Part shown: positions 28,665 to 40,229 of the stretch, one piece after another | How the letters are laid out: every line of letters begins with the position of its first letter | Position numbering within the stretch: the stretch's first letter is position 1 | From: a virus | Taxonomy: Duplodnaviria > Caudoviricetes | Virus record (IMG/VR): IMGVR_UViG_3300021255_002417 | Coordinates: 1 to 64,000 of that record | Reading direction: 5' to 3' (one strand) | Length of the DNA: 64,000 nt | The notes under the pieces: model-generated | Told to the model about the DNA's origin: nothing | What the model saw: the letters and a program-made list of their open reading frames with translations, nothing else | Database searches by the model: none | Position numbers and translations under genes: made by a program

Positions 28665-29062
28665 TAATAACCATATTTTTTAACTAAATTTTGTATAGAT
28701 TCTTCAACGAATGAATTTTCAGATTGCAAATTATGTTTATTATTATATTCTTCTGCAATCTCATTATATACATTATATACAATATGATCATCCATTCCGC
28801 AATATTCAATGTAATAATTAAGTAGTGCTTGCAATTCGCATTTTAATGAATCACTATTATACTTTGTCATTAAACGATCTTCATATTTATGGAATATATC
28901 AAGCACACGTTGTTCTATTGAATCTCGAATAGTTCTTTTATAATATGCTTTTACATTTTGTCTAAATTGGTTAAATGTTGTTTCACTCATAATAGATGAA
29001 TTTCTTAAATCGTCAAATTGTTCGCTAGCATCACCAAGTACTGCATAAATTCCATATTTCAT
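28664..29062 (-). CDS. Hypothetical protein
   Basis: 132-aa ORF. Confidence 0.6.
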   Translation of the reverse strand: MKYGIYAVLGDASEQFDDLRNSSIMSETTFNQFRQNVKAYYKRTIRDSIEQRVLDIFHKYEDRLMTKYNSDSLKCELQALLNYYIEYCGMDDHIVYNVYNEIAEEYNNKHNLQSENSFVEESIQNLVKKYGY

Positions 29063-29085
29063 AGCAAATCTTCACATAAAATAAA

Positions 29086-29110
29086 TGGTGTATATGTAAT
29101 ATATACACCA
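29086..29110. terminator. Terminator hairpin after thyX
   Basis: TGGTGTATAT-N5-ATATACACCA. Confidence 0.7.
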
Positions 29111-29139
29111 TAAACTTTATTTGTTTAATAATAAGCTAT

Positions 29140-29793
29140 TTAATTATCACTATTTGAATTAGCTTCAATGTCATCAAATAATACAGGTATTTTACTCTTT
29201 AGCTCAGCAAGTAAACGATCACAAATTGACCTCATTTGCGGATGGGCACACATATTATGCGATGATCTTAGCTTTAGTACATTGCGCCATTCTCTAATGT
29301 TTGCTGTCATTATAATCTCAGTTGCAGTAGATAGCGGTAAGACATTACGAGCAATCTCTGGCTTTACATTATTACTAAGCATTGCCATATAAGCGTCTTC
29401 AGCATTTTTACAAGACATCCACCAAATATTATAATCTGTAGAGTCTCTAGGTAAAAGATCTTCAGGCTCAATTACTTTAATCTCATTACCAAATTTATCT
29501 TTACTGTAGTTCACATATCGTGTAGATTCTTGACAATAACTAGCAATTCTATGTCTAACTAGTTCATTTGCGATTGCCCTGTCTACAATAAATTTAACTG
29601 ATAATTGAGAATGCTCAATAACAGCTTCATGACCACGATTAAGTATATTTTTACAAAATGTAAGGCATGAATCATCAGTAGTATTATTTTCTGACTTATA
29701 GCAAACTCTTCCAGCTCGCTCAATATCTTTAAGAATTTTAATTGGATCAGACAAGTCTGTTAAAATTTCATATGACTGTTGAATTACTTTCAT
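29140..29793 (-). CDS. thyX: FAD-dependent thymidylate synthase
   Basis: GHEAVIEH and ThyX motif RHRIASYCQESTRY. Confidence 0.93.
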   Translation of the reverse strand: MKVIQQSYEILTDLSDPIKILKDIERAGRVCYKSENNTTDDSCLTFCKNILNRGHEAVIEHSQLSVKFIVDRAIANELVRHRIASYCQESTRYVNYSKDKFGNEIKVIEPEDLLPRDSTDYNIWWMSCKNAEDAYMAMLSNNVKPEIARNVLPLSTATEIIMTANIREWRNVLKLRSSHNMCAHPQMRSICDRLLAELKSKIPVLFDDIEANSNSDN

Positions 29794-30084
29794 ATTATAT
29801 TACCACCAATTTACACATTTTGCAATATTATCAAACTTTGTTTGACTTGTTAAAATATATGGATTTGACTGATAAATAGCAAACACTTCATTAGGAACTA
29901 ATGTCCAATAAATAGAATCTGCATTTTCACAAATACTATTAAGATCATAAAGCAAATTATTCTTATTTTCAATTATCTTAATGCTTACCATTTTATTCAC
30001 CATTACATAAAAATAAATAAACCCAGCATAAATAATATACACTGGGTTTTAGATATATTTAATATTTAATTAATTGAAATATAA

Positions 30085-31086
30085 TTATATACCAAGCTCT
30101 TTAATTAGCTTCTTTGTAAGATATGGTTTACCAATCTTTAAAAATCTCTCAGGTAAATTAGCAATTATATCAATGTTCTTTGCTTGTTTTGGCTTTGTGA
30201 AAAACTTCCATAGAAATTCTAAATTCTCATCACTAATTGTATTTTCAAACTTATCAGCAATATCTGACATTAACTGTCCAATCTCATCACAAAATCCACC
30301 ATGACATGCAAGATCGATAAGAACAGAATCTTTGTCTCCATAACCGTTTTCATATGTATAATTAAGAATTTTAGGTGGTAAACTTAATATAATTGAAGTT
30401 AGCTTTTTATTTTTACCATAAGAAAGTGGTATATTAGCAGCTTTACGAACAGCACCACATAATAGATCCTGATATTCACGTGTCCCACAATCTGCATCTA
30501 TATATTTATTCCAGTTGCTAACAAACCATTTGTAATCACCGTTTTCTTCATGGTCTTCAGCTTCACTAAGGAAGTCTTTATTTGACTGGTATATTACTGA
30601 TATTGCTTTTGCTGGAATATTACCTGCATATTCATAATCAAGCGGTATTTCATCAGAATCAAATTTTAAATTTTCATAATCATCGGCACCATCAAGCTCT
30701 TGATATTCATTTTCATTATCTTCATCATCGTTATCTTCATCATAATATCCATCATCACTAAATGGATCACGTAAAGCATTATAATCACCTTCTAATAGAT
30801 CAGGATTTAAATAGCTGCTGTCAATCTGTAATACTACAAAGTCATCTTTATTCGACATTCTAGCCCAATTCTTTGCAGAATTGATTGTCATTGTTAAATA
30901 TACTTTATTTGTATTAGTTAAACTATGTACTGAATAGCCAACCTCTTTACCTGGCTTTAAACCATTTTTAAGAATACTCTGCACCATATCTGCACGTGTG
31001 CCATGATAAAAGTATTTTGGCATATTACCACTAACAACCTTCTCTAGCTTTCGCATTCTATATTCTAATACTAAATTCTTTATCAT
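30085..31086 (-). CDS. Protein with an N-terminal ADP-ribosyltransferase-fold (Tpt1/DUF952-like) domain
   Basis: YFYHGT...ILKNGLKPG...KVYLT...VVLQID; acidic linker; N-terminal LEYRMRKLEK. Confidence 0.6.
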   Translation of the reverse strand: MIKNLVLEYRMRKLEKVVSGNMPKYFYHGTRADMVQSILKNGLKPGKEVGYSVHSLTNTNKVYLTMTINSAKNWARMSNKDDFVVLQIDSSYLNPDLLEGDYNALRDPFSDDGYYDEDNDDEDNENEYQELDGADDYENLKFDSDEIPLDYEYAGNIPAKAISVIYQSNKDFLSEAEDHEENGDYKWFVSNWNKYIDADCGTREYQDLLCGAVRKAANIPLSYGKNKKLTSIILSLPPKILNYTYENGYGDKDSVLIDLACHGGFCDEIGQLMSDIADKFENTISDENLEFLWKFFTKPKQAKNIDIIANLPERFLKIGKPYLTKKLIKELGI

Positions 31087-31110
31087 TTTTCAATCCTGCT
31101 ATATATAAAT

Positions 31111-31136
31111 AAAGAGAGTAATTAATTACTCTCTTT
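31111..31136. terminator. Palindromic terminator
   Basis: AAAGAGAGTAATTAATTACTCTCTTT. Confidence 0.7.
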
Positions 31137-31159
31137 ATAATGTATGAATTAATCTTAGT

Positions 31160-31807
31160 TTATTTATTTAATAGCTTTTCAAGTCTTTTAACACGAGATT
31201 CTAATTTATGTTTTTTAGATTCAGAAGCATTCATATTATCTAATAAAACTTGTGCCATTTGTGAAAGATCATCGGCAATATCATCACGAACAGACTCTAA
31301 ACGATCTGCATCATAGCCAAATTCATCACATAAATACTGAATAGCATCACTAACCATCATATCATTTGTGCCATCAGCCATGCCTTCCATTTCAAGCTGG
31401 AATTCACGCTCTGATCCATAATAGCCAGGTGCTCCAAAATTATTATCAAAAACTATCTGTAATTCTCGTAGCATATCAGGATGAAGACCTTCAAATTTAC
31501 GTCTGCAAGATTCTACTACAGGTTTATCAGCATCACGTGCAACTGATTTAAATGCACTAAGATCTTTTTTAGCTTGCTGTAATAATTTAATTCGATCATC
31601 AATAATATCATTCATTGATTGTAATGCGGCTGTTGCACTAGTCATTCCAGCACGTGTACATGCTCTTGCAACTGCTTTTTTATCAGATGGGTCATCTTCT
31701 AACATAGATAGAACATTTAATAATGCTGACCATCTAGTAAAATCAGTGTCCATATTATTGGATTTATTTAATTCAGCAAGCTGTTCAATAATAGCTCTTA
31801 AATCCAT
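31160..31807 (-). CDS. Hypothetical acidic protein with an LESRVKRLEK motif
   Basis: 215-aa ORF; motif shared with neighbouring ORFs. Confidence 0.7.
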   Translation of the reverse strand: MDLRAIIEQLAELNKSNNMDTDFTRWSALLNVLSMLEDDPSDKKAVARACTRAGMTSATAALQSMNDIIDDRIKLLQQAKKDLSAFKSVARDADKPVVESCRRKFEGLHPDMLRELQIVFDNNFGAPGYYGSEREFQLEMEGMADGTNDMMVSDAIQYLCDEFGYDADRLESVRDDIADDLSQMAQVLLDNMNASESKKHKLESRVKRLEKLLNK

Positions 31808-31823
31808 AGCAAACCCCGTTCTA

Positions 31824-32276
31824 TTAGCGATTCATTTTACGATGTGAAAATCTATTAATACGATTACGATTCATTGATTCAGAACGAAGATTCTTTTCTA
31901 AACGACGAATGCGAGCTTCAAGTTCACTAGTACGATTATCACATTCTTCTACGTCTTCAGAATCATCTTCAGCATCATCATCTTCATCTTCATAATCTAA
32001 AACTAAATCATCGTCTGCTGATTCATCTTCACCAGCATTATCTGGTGTTGTATCAAATTCAACTTCGTCACAGCCATCACAACTGCTTGGTAAACTCAAT
32101 GAACTAAGAACACGTTTACATTCTGCATCTGACATCTCTTGAACACATGCGAGAAGTGCTTCATCAGCATCAAGTGATCCCATGTCAACTAATGAAAGTA
32201 ATAGTTCATGTGGATCTTCAATAGACTCATTTTTTCGCTTTGCAGTAACAAACTTATTTGTATTAATTCTCTTCAT
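31824..32276 (-). CDS. Hypothetical acidic protein with an LEARIRRLEK motif
   Basis: 150-aa ORF; D/E-rich core. Confidence 0.7.
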   Translation of the reverse strand: MKRINTNKFVTAKRKNESIEDPHELLLSLVDMGSLDADEALLACVQEMSDAECKRVLSSLSLPSSCDGCDEVEFDTTPDNAGEDESADDDLVLDYEDEDDDAEDDSEDVEECDNRTSELEARIRRLEKNLRSESMNRNRINRFSHRKMNR

Positions 32277-32314
32277 AATTTAGACCTCATATAAGCATAT
32301 TGACAAAAGTGTAT

Positions 32315-32662
32315 TTAATTATAAATAATATAATTTGCTATACACAATTTAATTATTTGATCATCCTTAATTATATTTGATATATCTTTATCAGTGTATA
32401 AAGTTATTATACAATTATCAACAGTAGCTTTTAGTGTTTGCATTATTGCAAATAAAGCACTTAAACTTTTATCACAAGTATAATAAAATTCAATATTAAT
32501 ATTATTAAGTTTATGCTCATCAGATTTATGAACAATAAGTGATAAATCATATTCTGTAAATGGAACATCGCCACTAAATACTATCTGAATTTCATTATTA
32601 GATTTATTAAAATGTATTGATTTGCAATTTATATTATATTGTATAGGCATAATAATCACCAT
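32315..32662 (-). CDS. Hypothetical protein
   Basis: 115-aa ORF. Confidence 0.5.
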   Translation of the reverse strand: MVIIMPIQYNINCKSIHFNKSNNEIQIVFSGDVPFTEYDLSLIVHKSDEHKLNNINIEFYYTCDKSLSALFAIMQTLKATVDNCIITLYTDKDISNIIKDDQIIKLCIANYIIYN

Positions 32663-32831
32663 ATATTTATTAGTAATTTAAATAAGTATGTTTAACTAGT
32701 TATATAGTAGATATTTGTGAAATTTAATTTATTTTATATCTATATTATAATAGTAAACTAGTGTAATATTTCAATTACATATAGTGTTTTATTTTAGTTA
32801 ACATACTTATTTTATTTGACACAAGAGGTTT

Positions 32832-33278
32832 ATGGACACTATGCTTACACCTGGAATAGCGGCTATTATTTTAATAGCTGTTTGTATATTGCTTTTAATT
32901 ATAATCCCAATTTTAGATGGGTCTGAACGATTCTCTAAATTTATTAGCTTACGCTATACCCTAGTGGCAGTTGCACTCATTATGGCACTAGGGTGTGTTC
33001 TTGATTTTTCTCATCTTGCAGAGTCATCGAGAAATATCGTTTTAATGGGTGGTGTAATTTTAGTTGGTTTATTTGTAGTCGTTAGATCATTAGAAAAGAT
33101 GAAACTAGGCGGAAAGAAAATTGAATTTTCAATTGAAAAAGGCGACGCAAAAGCATCAGCTACATTACACGGTGAGCAATCACCAATAGCTAATATGAAT
33201 AAGCTTAAATCTAAAGACTCTGAATCAGAACAATATGACACCTCATGTGTTGAAGATGAACGTGGTGGCGAAGAATAA
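32832..33278 (+). CDS. Membrane protein (three TM helices, charged tail); possible holin
   Basis: Hydrophobic segments, GAGG RBS, palindromic terminator at 33305. Confidence 0.6.
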   Translation: MDTMLTPGIAAIILIAVCILLLIIIPILDGSERFSKFISLRYTLVAVALIMALGCVLDFSHLAESSRNIVLMGGVILVGLFVVVRSLEKMKLGGKKIEFSIEKGDAKASATLHGEQSPIANMNKLKSKDSESEQYDTSCVEDERGGEE

Positions 33279-33304
33279 TATAAAATAAATATACACAGTA
33301 TATA

Positions 33305-33330
33305 ATAGCGAGTAATTAATTACTCGCTAT
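33305..33330. terminator. Bidirectional palindromic terminator
   Basis: ATAGCGAGTAATTAATTACTCGCTAT between convergent genes. Confidence 0.8.
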
Positions 33331-33337
33331 TTTTATA

Positions 33338-34218
33338 TTATTCACGATTAAAAGTAAAATAAGAAAAGTCATCTAAATTATATTTGTCGAACTTTACTTT
33401 ATAATCAAATCTAACTTCATATTCATCTGCTGATGATGTTAACTCAGGATCATCTTTAATAACATCTATATTAATTTCAATTGGGCTATTAAAATAATTT
33501 ACTAAAACTGAAAGCATTTCATCTTTTGTAATATTATTTAATTTACTCCAATAGTTAATTAAATTATAATCAGCATCAAAATCACCACTTGTAATATAAT
33601 CAATATCTTTAAAATTATATACAATTGTTAAGTAGTCTTTAAGATATTTGCAATCAGTATGACCGAACTCTTTAACATAGTCATTTTCTGTATAATTCAT
33701 TTTAATCTCCAAATTAAACTAACAAGTAAATTGAATTAATAAATTACATATACAGAAAACTTCTATGATTTTGAAGCTTATTTATCTTCGCTATTATATT
33801 TATTTAATATATTATTAATATAATTATTTTGTACACTTTGTGTTAAATTATCATCTGGCACATATTTACCATATTTGTGATCATGTAAATACTTACTCAA
33901 TTGCTTTTCTGATTTAGATAAAGATAAATCTTTATCATCATATATATTATATGTTACACTTTCTATTAAATTTTGTACCCACTTATCAGCTTCAGGTCTT
34001 GCAAAATAATAAACATCAACATTAATTTTATGCTTATTAACAAAGAGCCGAGCTTTTCTAAAACATTCATCTTTGTCTTCGCATCCGCCAATAATATACA
34101 TTTCGCCATTAATAGTAATACAAAAAGCAAATTGCTTTGCTGATAAACCCATTCTCTTTTTAAAGAATTTAAGCTCAATACTATTAAATATGTTTCCAGT
34201 GCTATCTTCAAATAACAT
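33338..34218 (-). other. Two hypothetical CDS (33338..33712, 33778..34218)
   Basis: Co-oriented ORFs with GGAG RBSs. Confidence 0.6.
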
Positions 34219-34368
34219 AACTATAGCTTAAACTCCAAAATTAAATATAATATTTACAAGTAAAAATATAATCAATATATTGATATTCTTAAATAATGCT
34301 TATAAATATTAGCTTTATATAATACTATCAAAATAATACAATTATATTATTTACATGGAGATCTTATT

Positions 34369-34806
34369 ATGATAGAGTTTAAAAATAAATTATTGATGGT
34401 TTTTGTAAATCTTTTACTATTTCCATGGTTAGTAACTCAGTGGCTTCCAGGTTTAATAGGTCTTGTCATCTTTCATAATTGCGAGTGGTATGTAAACAAA
34501 GACGCTGGCGTTAGAGTTATTAAAGTTAATAAAGGTTACTTTATTGGTGGTGCATGTTTTTCATGTGGACCTATTATATTTGTTACACCAAATTGCGATG
34601 AAAATGTTATTAAACACGAAACCGGTCATTCTGTACAATCTTTAATGTTTGGATTATTATTTCATTTTATAGTAAGTATACCAAGCATTTGTTTATTTTG
34701 GATTAAACGTAAAAAGAATAAAAATGCAAAATGGTATCATTCGCATTGGCCTGAGAACGATGCTGATAAGCGAGGACATATAGACGTTTCAGAATATGGT
34801 TTATAG
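34369..34806 (+). CDS. Membrane protein with an HExxH zincin-like motif
   Basis: TM segments and IKHETGHSVQS, WPENDADKRG. Confidence 0.65.
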   Translation: MIEFKNKLLMVFVNLLLFPWLVTQWLPGLIGLVIFHNCEWYVNKDAGVRVIKVNKGYFIGGACFSCGPIIFVTPNCDENVIKHETGHSVQSLMFGLLFHFIVSIPSICLFWIKRKKNKNAKWYHSHWPENDADKRGHIDVSEYGL

Positions 34807-34921
34807 TTAAAGTATCTACATAATAAGAACATAATAAAGCCCTATATAATTAAACATATAGGGCTATTTTTGTATATTAAATATTGGAATCCGTAGTTAC
34901 CCGTAGATGGAGGATCATATA

Positions 34922-36274
34922 ATGTCGCAGTCAGTTTGGATTGAGCAGCCTTGTACAGACCAGATGAAACGTACATACTATTATAAAGATGGTTCGTATG
35001 TAACAAAAGAAAATGGTACTGTGGCTTGGCGAAACAACAATGAAGGTAATCTTCGCCCAGGTTCATTATCAGCAAATCGTATTGGTGTAGATAAAAAGAA
35101 TTTTGCTGTATTTGCTACACCTGAAGATGGACATAACGCTAAAAAGCATTTATTATTTTCATCGTCTTCATATAAAGATTTGTCATTAAAAGATGCTATT
35201 AAAAAATATGCGCCTTCATCTGATAATAATAATCCTGCAGCATACGCAAACTTTATTATGAACAATAGTAAAGTAGAAGATAAAATAATGAGTAAATATA
35301 ACTCTGATGAACAAGACAAGATTATGTCGGCAATGAAAATTCAAGAAGGCTATAAAGTTGGTACTGAAACAAGAGGTTATACATCAGATAAAGTAAGTAA
35401 ACCAGAAGAACAAAGTTTAAATAATAATTCACAGTCACAAAAATTAGACTATAATCAAAAGTCTGCTATTGCTTATAATAATAAATTAGGTTATTCTAAA
35501 TCTTATTGGAAATCTGTACAAGAAAAATTAAACACTGAAATTTCAGCTAATCTTGTACCTGATGGAATTCCAGGTAGATTAACTGCTGATTCAATATATA
35601 ATTTTCAAGTTGCTAAAAATATGACTTTAAAAGACGGCAAGTTTGGAAATAAAACTTCTACTGAACTTGGAATGAAAACATCAGCTGCAGTAAATAATAC
35701 TAAAACAAATAAATATGAATCTAATAATGGTAATATTACTATTCCAAGTGCAGCAACAATAATGAGTACATCTCATACACCTGATTTGGATTTATTAAAT
35801 AAACATGCAACAAAAAATGGGTTTAATGTAAAAGATGTTACAACTTCAGCAAATTATGTTGCTAAATACTGTACAGGAAATAATTCACAACATCAATGTA
35901 CACGTGGAACTTCTTTATTTTTACAATTAGCTTCTTATGCACGTGGTGAAGCCGATAGTAAGTATAAATCTTCATGTGCAGCACATTTGTTTGGCAGTGC
36001 AAACCCAATGACTAATTATAATATATCGAGTTCAGTTGCTAATGAATATACAATGAAATCAGCTGATAGTAAAACAGGTAAATCAAAAATGAATACATAC
36101 ATTACAGACAATATCACAAAAGATGGTGAATTTGTAACATTTAAGTATTCAACATCACAGCATATTGTATTTCATTCAGGTAGCAAATGGTACAGCGACT
36201 TTAAACAAGGAACACCTGCCGGTTGTGGTAAAGAAAACACAACCTATTCAAATGTACATTTCTTTAAAAGATAG
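34922..36274 (+). CDS. Multidomain peptidoglycan hydrolase: lysozyme-like, PG-binding and CHAP/NlpC-like domains (ORF track start 34907)
   Basis: AWRNNNEGNLR; PDGIPGRLT and DGKFGNKT; QCTRGT...HIVFHSGSKWYSDFKQ; GGAGG RBS before the ATG at 34922. Confidence 0.7.
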   Translation: MSQSVWIEQPCTDQMKRTYYYKDGSYVTKENGTVAWRNNNEGNLRPGSLSANRIGVDKKNFAVFATPEDGHNAKKHLLFSSSSYKDLSLKDAIKKYAPSSDNNNPAAYANFIMNNSKVEDKIMSKYNSDEQDKIMSAMKIQEGYKVGTETRGYTSDKVSKPEEQSLNNNSQSQKLDYNQKSAIAYNNKLGYSKSYWKSVQEKLNTEISANLVPDGIPGRLTADSIYNFQVAKNMTLKDGKFGNKTSTELGMKTSAAVNNTKTNKYESNNGNITIPSAATIMSTSHTPDLDLLNKHATKNGFNVKDVTTSANYVAKYCTGNNSQHQCTRGTSLFLQLASYARGEADSKYKSSCAAHLFGSANPMTNYNISSSVANEYTMKSADSKTGKSKMNTYITDNITKDGEFVTFKYSTSQHIVFHSGSKWYSDFKQGTPAGCGKENTTYSNVHFFKR

Positions 36275-36299
36275 ACAATATATTAAAGATAAAATAATT

Positions 36300-36327
36300 A
36301 AAACCCTATACCATGGTATAGGGTTTT
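36300..36327. terminator. Bidirectional palindromic terminator
   Basis: AAAACCCTATACCATGGTATAGGGTTTT between convergent genes. Confidence 0.8.
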
Positions 36328-36348
36328 CTTTTATAATAAACACAATAT

Positions 36349-37119
36349 TTAACAACTGATTAATAACTTGCCTTCATATTTTTTATATGGAACATTTGCA
36401 ATATCTAAAAGTTTTCTACTAGCAATATAAGAAGCTTCATCATGATATTTATCAGATAAATAAATAATTTCTGAAATACCTTTTTGCAATATCATCTTCA
36501 CGCAATCACAGCATGGAAATAAAGTACAATACAATTTAGTATTAGTTAAATCAAATACTGTACTATTTAATAAGGCATTCATTTCTGCATGCACTGTAAA
36601 AGCATATTTTGTTTCATTATATGGTAATGACTTATCGTTAGACGATGGAAATAACTGTTTATCAAGATTCCTTGGAATTCCATTATACCCTGTACCTAAA
36701 ACTTTATTATCATTCGATACAATAACAGAACCAACTTTTGTATTTAAATCTGATGATCGCAATGATGTCAATATTGCGATATTCATAAAGTAGTCATCCC
36801 AGCTTATAGGATAATTTGAATTTAATACATCTGAAATAACGGGATTATCATTTTTAATAAAAAGTGAATCATCATGATAGCATTCTTTTAATGACTCTGT
36901 AACTGAATTATTAATTTCATTATTATATAAATTATCTATTTGCTTTCCTTTCAATCTTGCAAATACTTCAATCTCATTTCTATATTTTAAATGATCAATA
37001 TAATCATCTGCATTACAACAACCATATGATGGAGTGAAGCTAATAGTGTCTGCAGAATATGATACATCATTATTTGTTTCACCATGCATGCTTCTAATAA
37101 TTTTATCGTGTATATCCAT
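36349..37119 (-). CDS. dCMP deaminase
   Basis: WDDYFMNIA, VGSVIV, GYNG, HAEMNA, PCCDC. Confidence 0.92.
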   Translation of the reverse strand: MDIHDKIIRSMHGETNNDVSYSADTISFTPSYGCCNADDYIDHLKYRNEIEVFARLKGKQIDNLYNNEINNSVTESLKECYHDDSLFIKNDNPVISDVLNSNYPISWDDYFMNIAILTSLRSSDLNTKVGSVIVSNDNKVLGTGYNGIPRNLDKQLFPSSNDKSLPYNETKYAFTVHAEMNALLNSTVFDLTNTKLYCTLFPCCDCVKMILQKGISEIIYLSDKYHDEASYIASRKLLDIANVPYKKYEGKLLISC

Positions 37120-37125
37120 AATTAA

Positions 37126-39739
37126 TTACCATATAATTGCTTTACGAATCCAAGTAATTTCACCATCTGTATATTCACCATCACCAATAGGTGTCATATC
37201 TTCAAGCATTATATCAGCATTAAGATATTCACTAAGTGAATTTATATATTCTAATGCAGCATTTTTTGAATTAAAATATTCTCGAGTTAGAATAGAATCA
37301 CTTGTTGATTTATAATATACATTAGATTCAACTTTCCACATAGCCGCCAGCCCAACCCATGTTGTGATATAACTAACATTTTATGTTAGATTTAATAACA
37401 TCTACAAGTTCATCTACACCCTCAAGTGCTTCATTAAAATCAGACAATGTTTGCTCATTAACACCATTAACAAATGCAGCATCAGTCATAATTGAACGTA
37501 AATGTAAAGCATCTTTTTCCATTCGATGTGCAATTCCTTTCTTTTTCTTATTAAGTTCTTCAATCATAAAGTCTATATCATTAATATCTGCATAATGATT
37601 ATTTAAAGATTGTGATAAATTGTTTGCAAGTTCAACAAGACCTGTAAGTTTCATATTATTACTCCCTATTAATCATGTGCACGTTTACTAAGATCAAGTT
37701 TATGATTATCTTTACAAACATAATCAATTACATTATTATATGATTTTAGCTTATTGTGAAGATCCCATTCATTAACATAGTAAAGATTACAGTCTTTTAT
37801 AACATAAAGATATTCAATATCACCATGAAGATGGTTATCATTATTCATTTCTAATTTATATTCATCTTCATAATCACTATCCTTTGCTACTTCACCAACA
37901 AGTAAATCATATAGTGACATATCTTTAATTAGTGTATTCATACCCAATGAATATACAAGCTTACAACGTAATTCTTCACCAACACCTGAGAGATAACCAT
38001 CACAATGATGATAAAATTGATGTGCCTTATTGTCCGGTGTAACGAGGATGATATTTGAACGTGTACTCATAATATAGTTCCTTATTATAAAATTGTTATG
38101 TTGTTATGCTACTTCATATTCTCTAAATAGTTCATCACATTCCAATCGAATGCCATCAACTATAGCTATTGTTTCAAATCTAACTTCTTTATTCCAAAAT
38201 GGCTTTGAATCTGATCCACTTTTGGTTGGCTTCTCGTCATAATTCATGTCAATTTTAATATCATATTCAACTTCTTTATCAAGTGATTTCATAATGAAAT
38301 TGAACATCTTTGTGTAGTCCATATTATTATCATTTGCCCATGAATTAATAAGGTCTACATAATCATTTGAAATTGTAGACCTTATATCTTCATCATCAAT
38401 TCCGCAATCTCCAAGATATGTTGAAAGAAATTCTCTTAATGTTTTATCTTCACTCCAATCTTCTTTAAATTTCTGAAGACATCTATTTGCAAAGTCTTTA
38501 TTTAACATAAATTTGTGCAATCCTTATATTATTTATAAATACTCTTTTTACTATTAGTCTTTTCTTTTATAAAAAGACATATACCTAAAAAGTTCATAAG
38601 TTCATATTCACATGCTGTCACTGTAATATAACGTGTATGCACAGGACAAAGTTCACAATATGAAGTTTTTGGCATTCTTACTTTCATCCTCATAACCCAT
38701 ACCTCCATTATTCAGCAAGTAATGAAACAATTTCTTTTAAATCATCTTCAGGAATTACTCTATATAACCAGGCTGATCCATATTTATAACCATCATCTTC
38801 AAGCAACCCGATTGACTCAAGATATTTACATGAATCTTCATACGAGCAAATTCGTCTACCAGATTTCTTTGCATCATCAAGTGCTTGTTCCTGTTTAACA
38901 GTCCCAGCATGCATCCCATTCAAGTGATATGACTTCCATAATCTATATAATTTTTTAAACAGTGGGTTACAGAACAGTTCATCAAAGCTGGCTAATTCGT
39001 CTAAACACTGCCCACCCATAACAATGTCGGTATGACTTGAATTCCATAAATCACCACAAATTGAAAGTTCTGGTTTATCAGTATCAGTATCCCTCAATTC
39101 AACTTCAATCGTTGGAAGATTTACACGACGTGAAGATGTATATGCAACTTTAGGAAATGTAAAAGTTTTGCTCATTGTTGTCATTATAAAGTCTCCTGTG
39201 TGTTTAATGAATGGAACCAATCCATTCAATTTATGAATTATTTATATCATGTTTAAACCTGTTTGTCAACAGGTTTTTTCTTATGCAGCTTTTAAAGCTT
39301 TGTAAACTTTATGTGCATCACATGCACGAATTTTATTATCATAATTGTCATAATCAGACATATAATCTAATTCAACATCACATTTTGCAGTACATTTAAT
39401 ACCAGCATCAGGATAATCTTTTGACTCTTGACGAACAACGGCTTGAATCTTTTTTGCGAAATAGTCTTTAATACGAATAGGATCCATTTCAAGATCAAAA
39501 CGGAATCCGTTTGTATAACCACAAGAACCGTAATTCTTATATAATTCTTTGTTTATCACAAGGCAGACATTTCCGTCAATCATTTCAGCATCTGCAAACG
39601 GCCAATATCGTTCAGCCTTGCGACTATTTTCCCACATACCATCTGATAATTGACCAAGCGTGCTTTTAAGAACGTTCAAGCTAACACGATCGTTAAGGCC
39701 AGTATTGATAATGAGGGCATTTGAATTCGTGTTTGTCAT
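37126..39739 (-). other. Block of early hypothetical CDS (37126, 37373, 37669, 38104, 38708, 39281)
   Basis: Co-oriented ORFs with RBSs; 37669 carries a STRSNI...HCDGY phage motif. Confidence 0.65.
39208..39269 (-). promoter_or_regulatory. Sigma70 promoter with leader hairpin
   Basis: TTGACA(39269)-N17-TATAAA; hairpin TGAATGGA-TTGGT-TCCATTCA. Confidence 0.8.
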
Positions 39740-39760
39740 ATCAGTATCTCCATTTGGTTA

Positions 39761-40138
39761 GTGAGTGATGATCCATTCTTCACTCATTTGTTGTTTTATT
39801 TATACCGTATTTTCAGTTGTCTGTCAACTAATTTTTTCAGTCAACTGAATTTTTCTTTTTAAAGCCTCAATGAACTCTCATTCATTAAGTGGGCTTATAA
39901 TATCATGCTCTCTACCGTTTGTCAACTAAAAAATTCAGTCAATCAAAAATTTTTCAAAGAACCTCAAACAAGCTTCATTGCTCATTTGATAGGCTTATTA
40001 TGCCAAAAGTTCCATTGTCTGTCAACTAAAAAATTTCGAAAAATTCAGGAAAATTGTATTGAATTGTTTCACTGGTATATCGAATCGAATCAAAAATTTA
40101 AGCCAATTATTATTGGCACAAATTTTCAAGTTTGTCAA
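39761..40138 (-). promoter_or_regulatory. Array of three to four tandem sigma70 promoters with hairpins
   Basis: -35 at 39827, 39925, 40025 (17-bp spacers) and a weaker one at 40138. Confidence 0.85.
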
Positions 40139-40229
40139 CTAAAAATAAAGAAAAAATGTACCAGATTATTTCATTATTTTGAAACATTCTGATACACTTA
40201 AATTATATATAATATTTGACATTTATATA

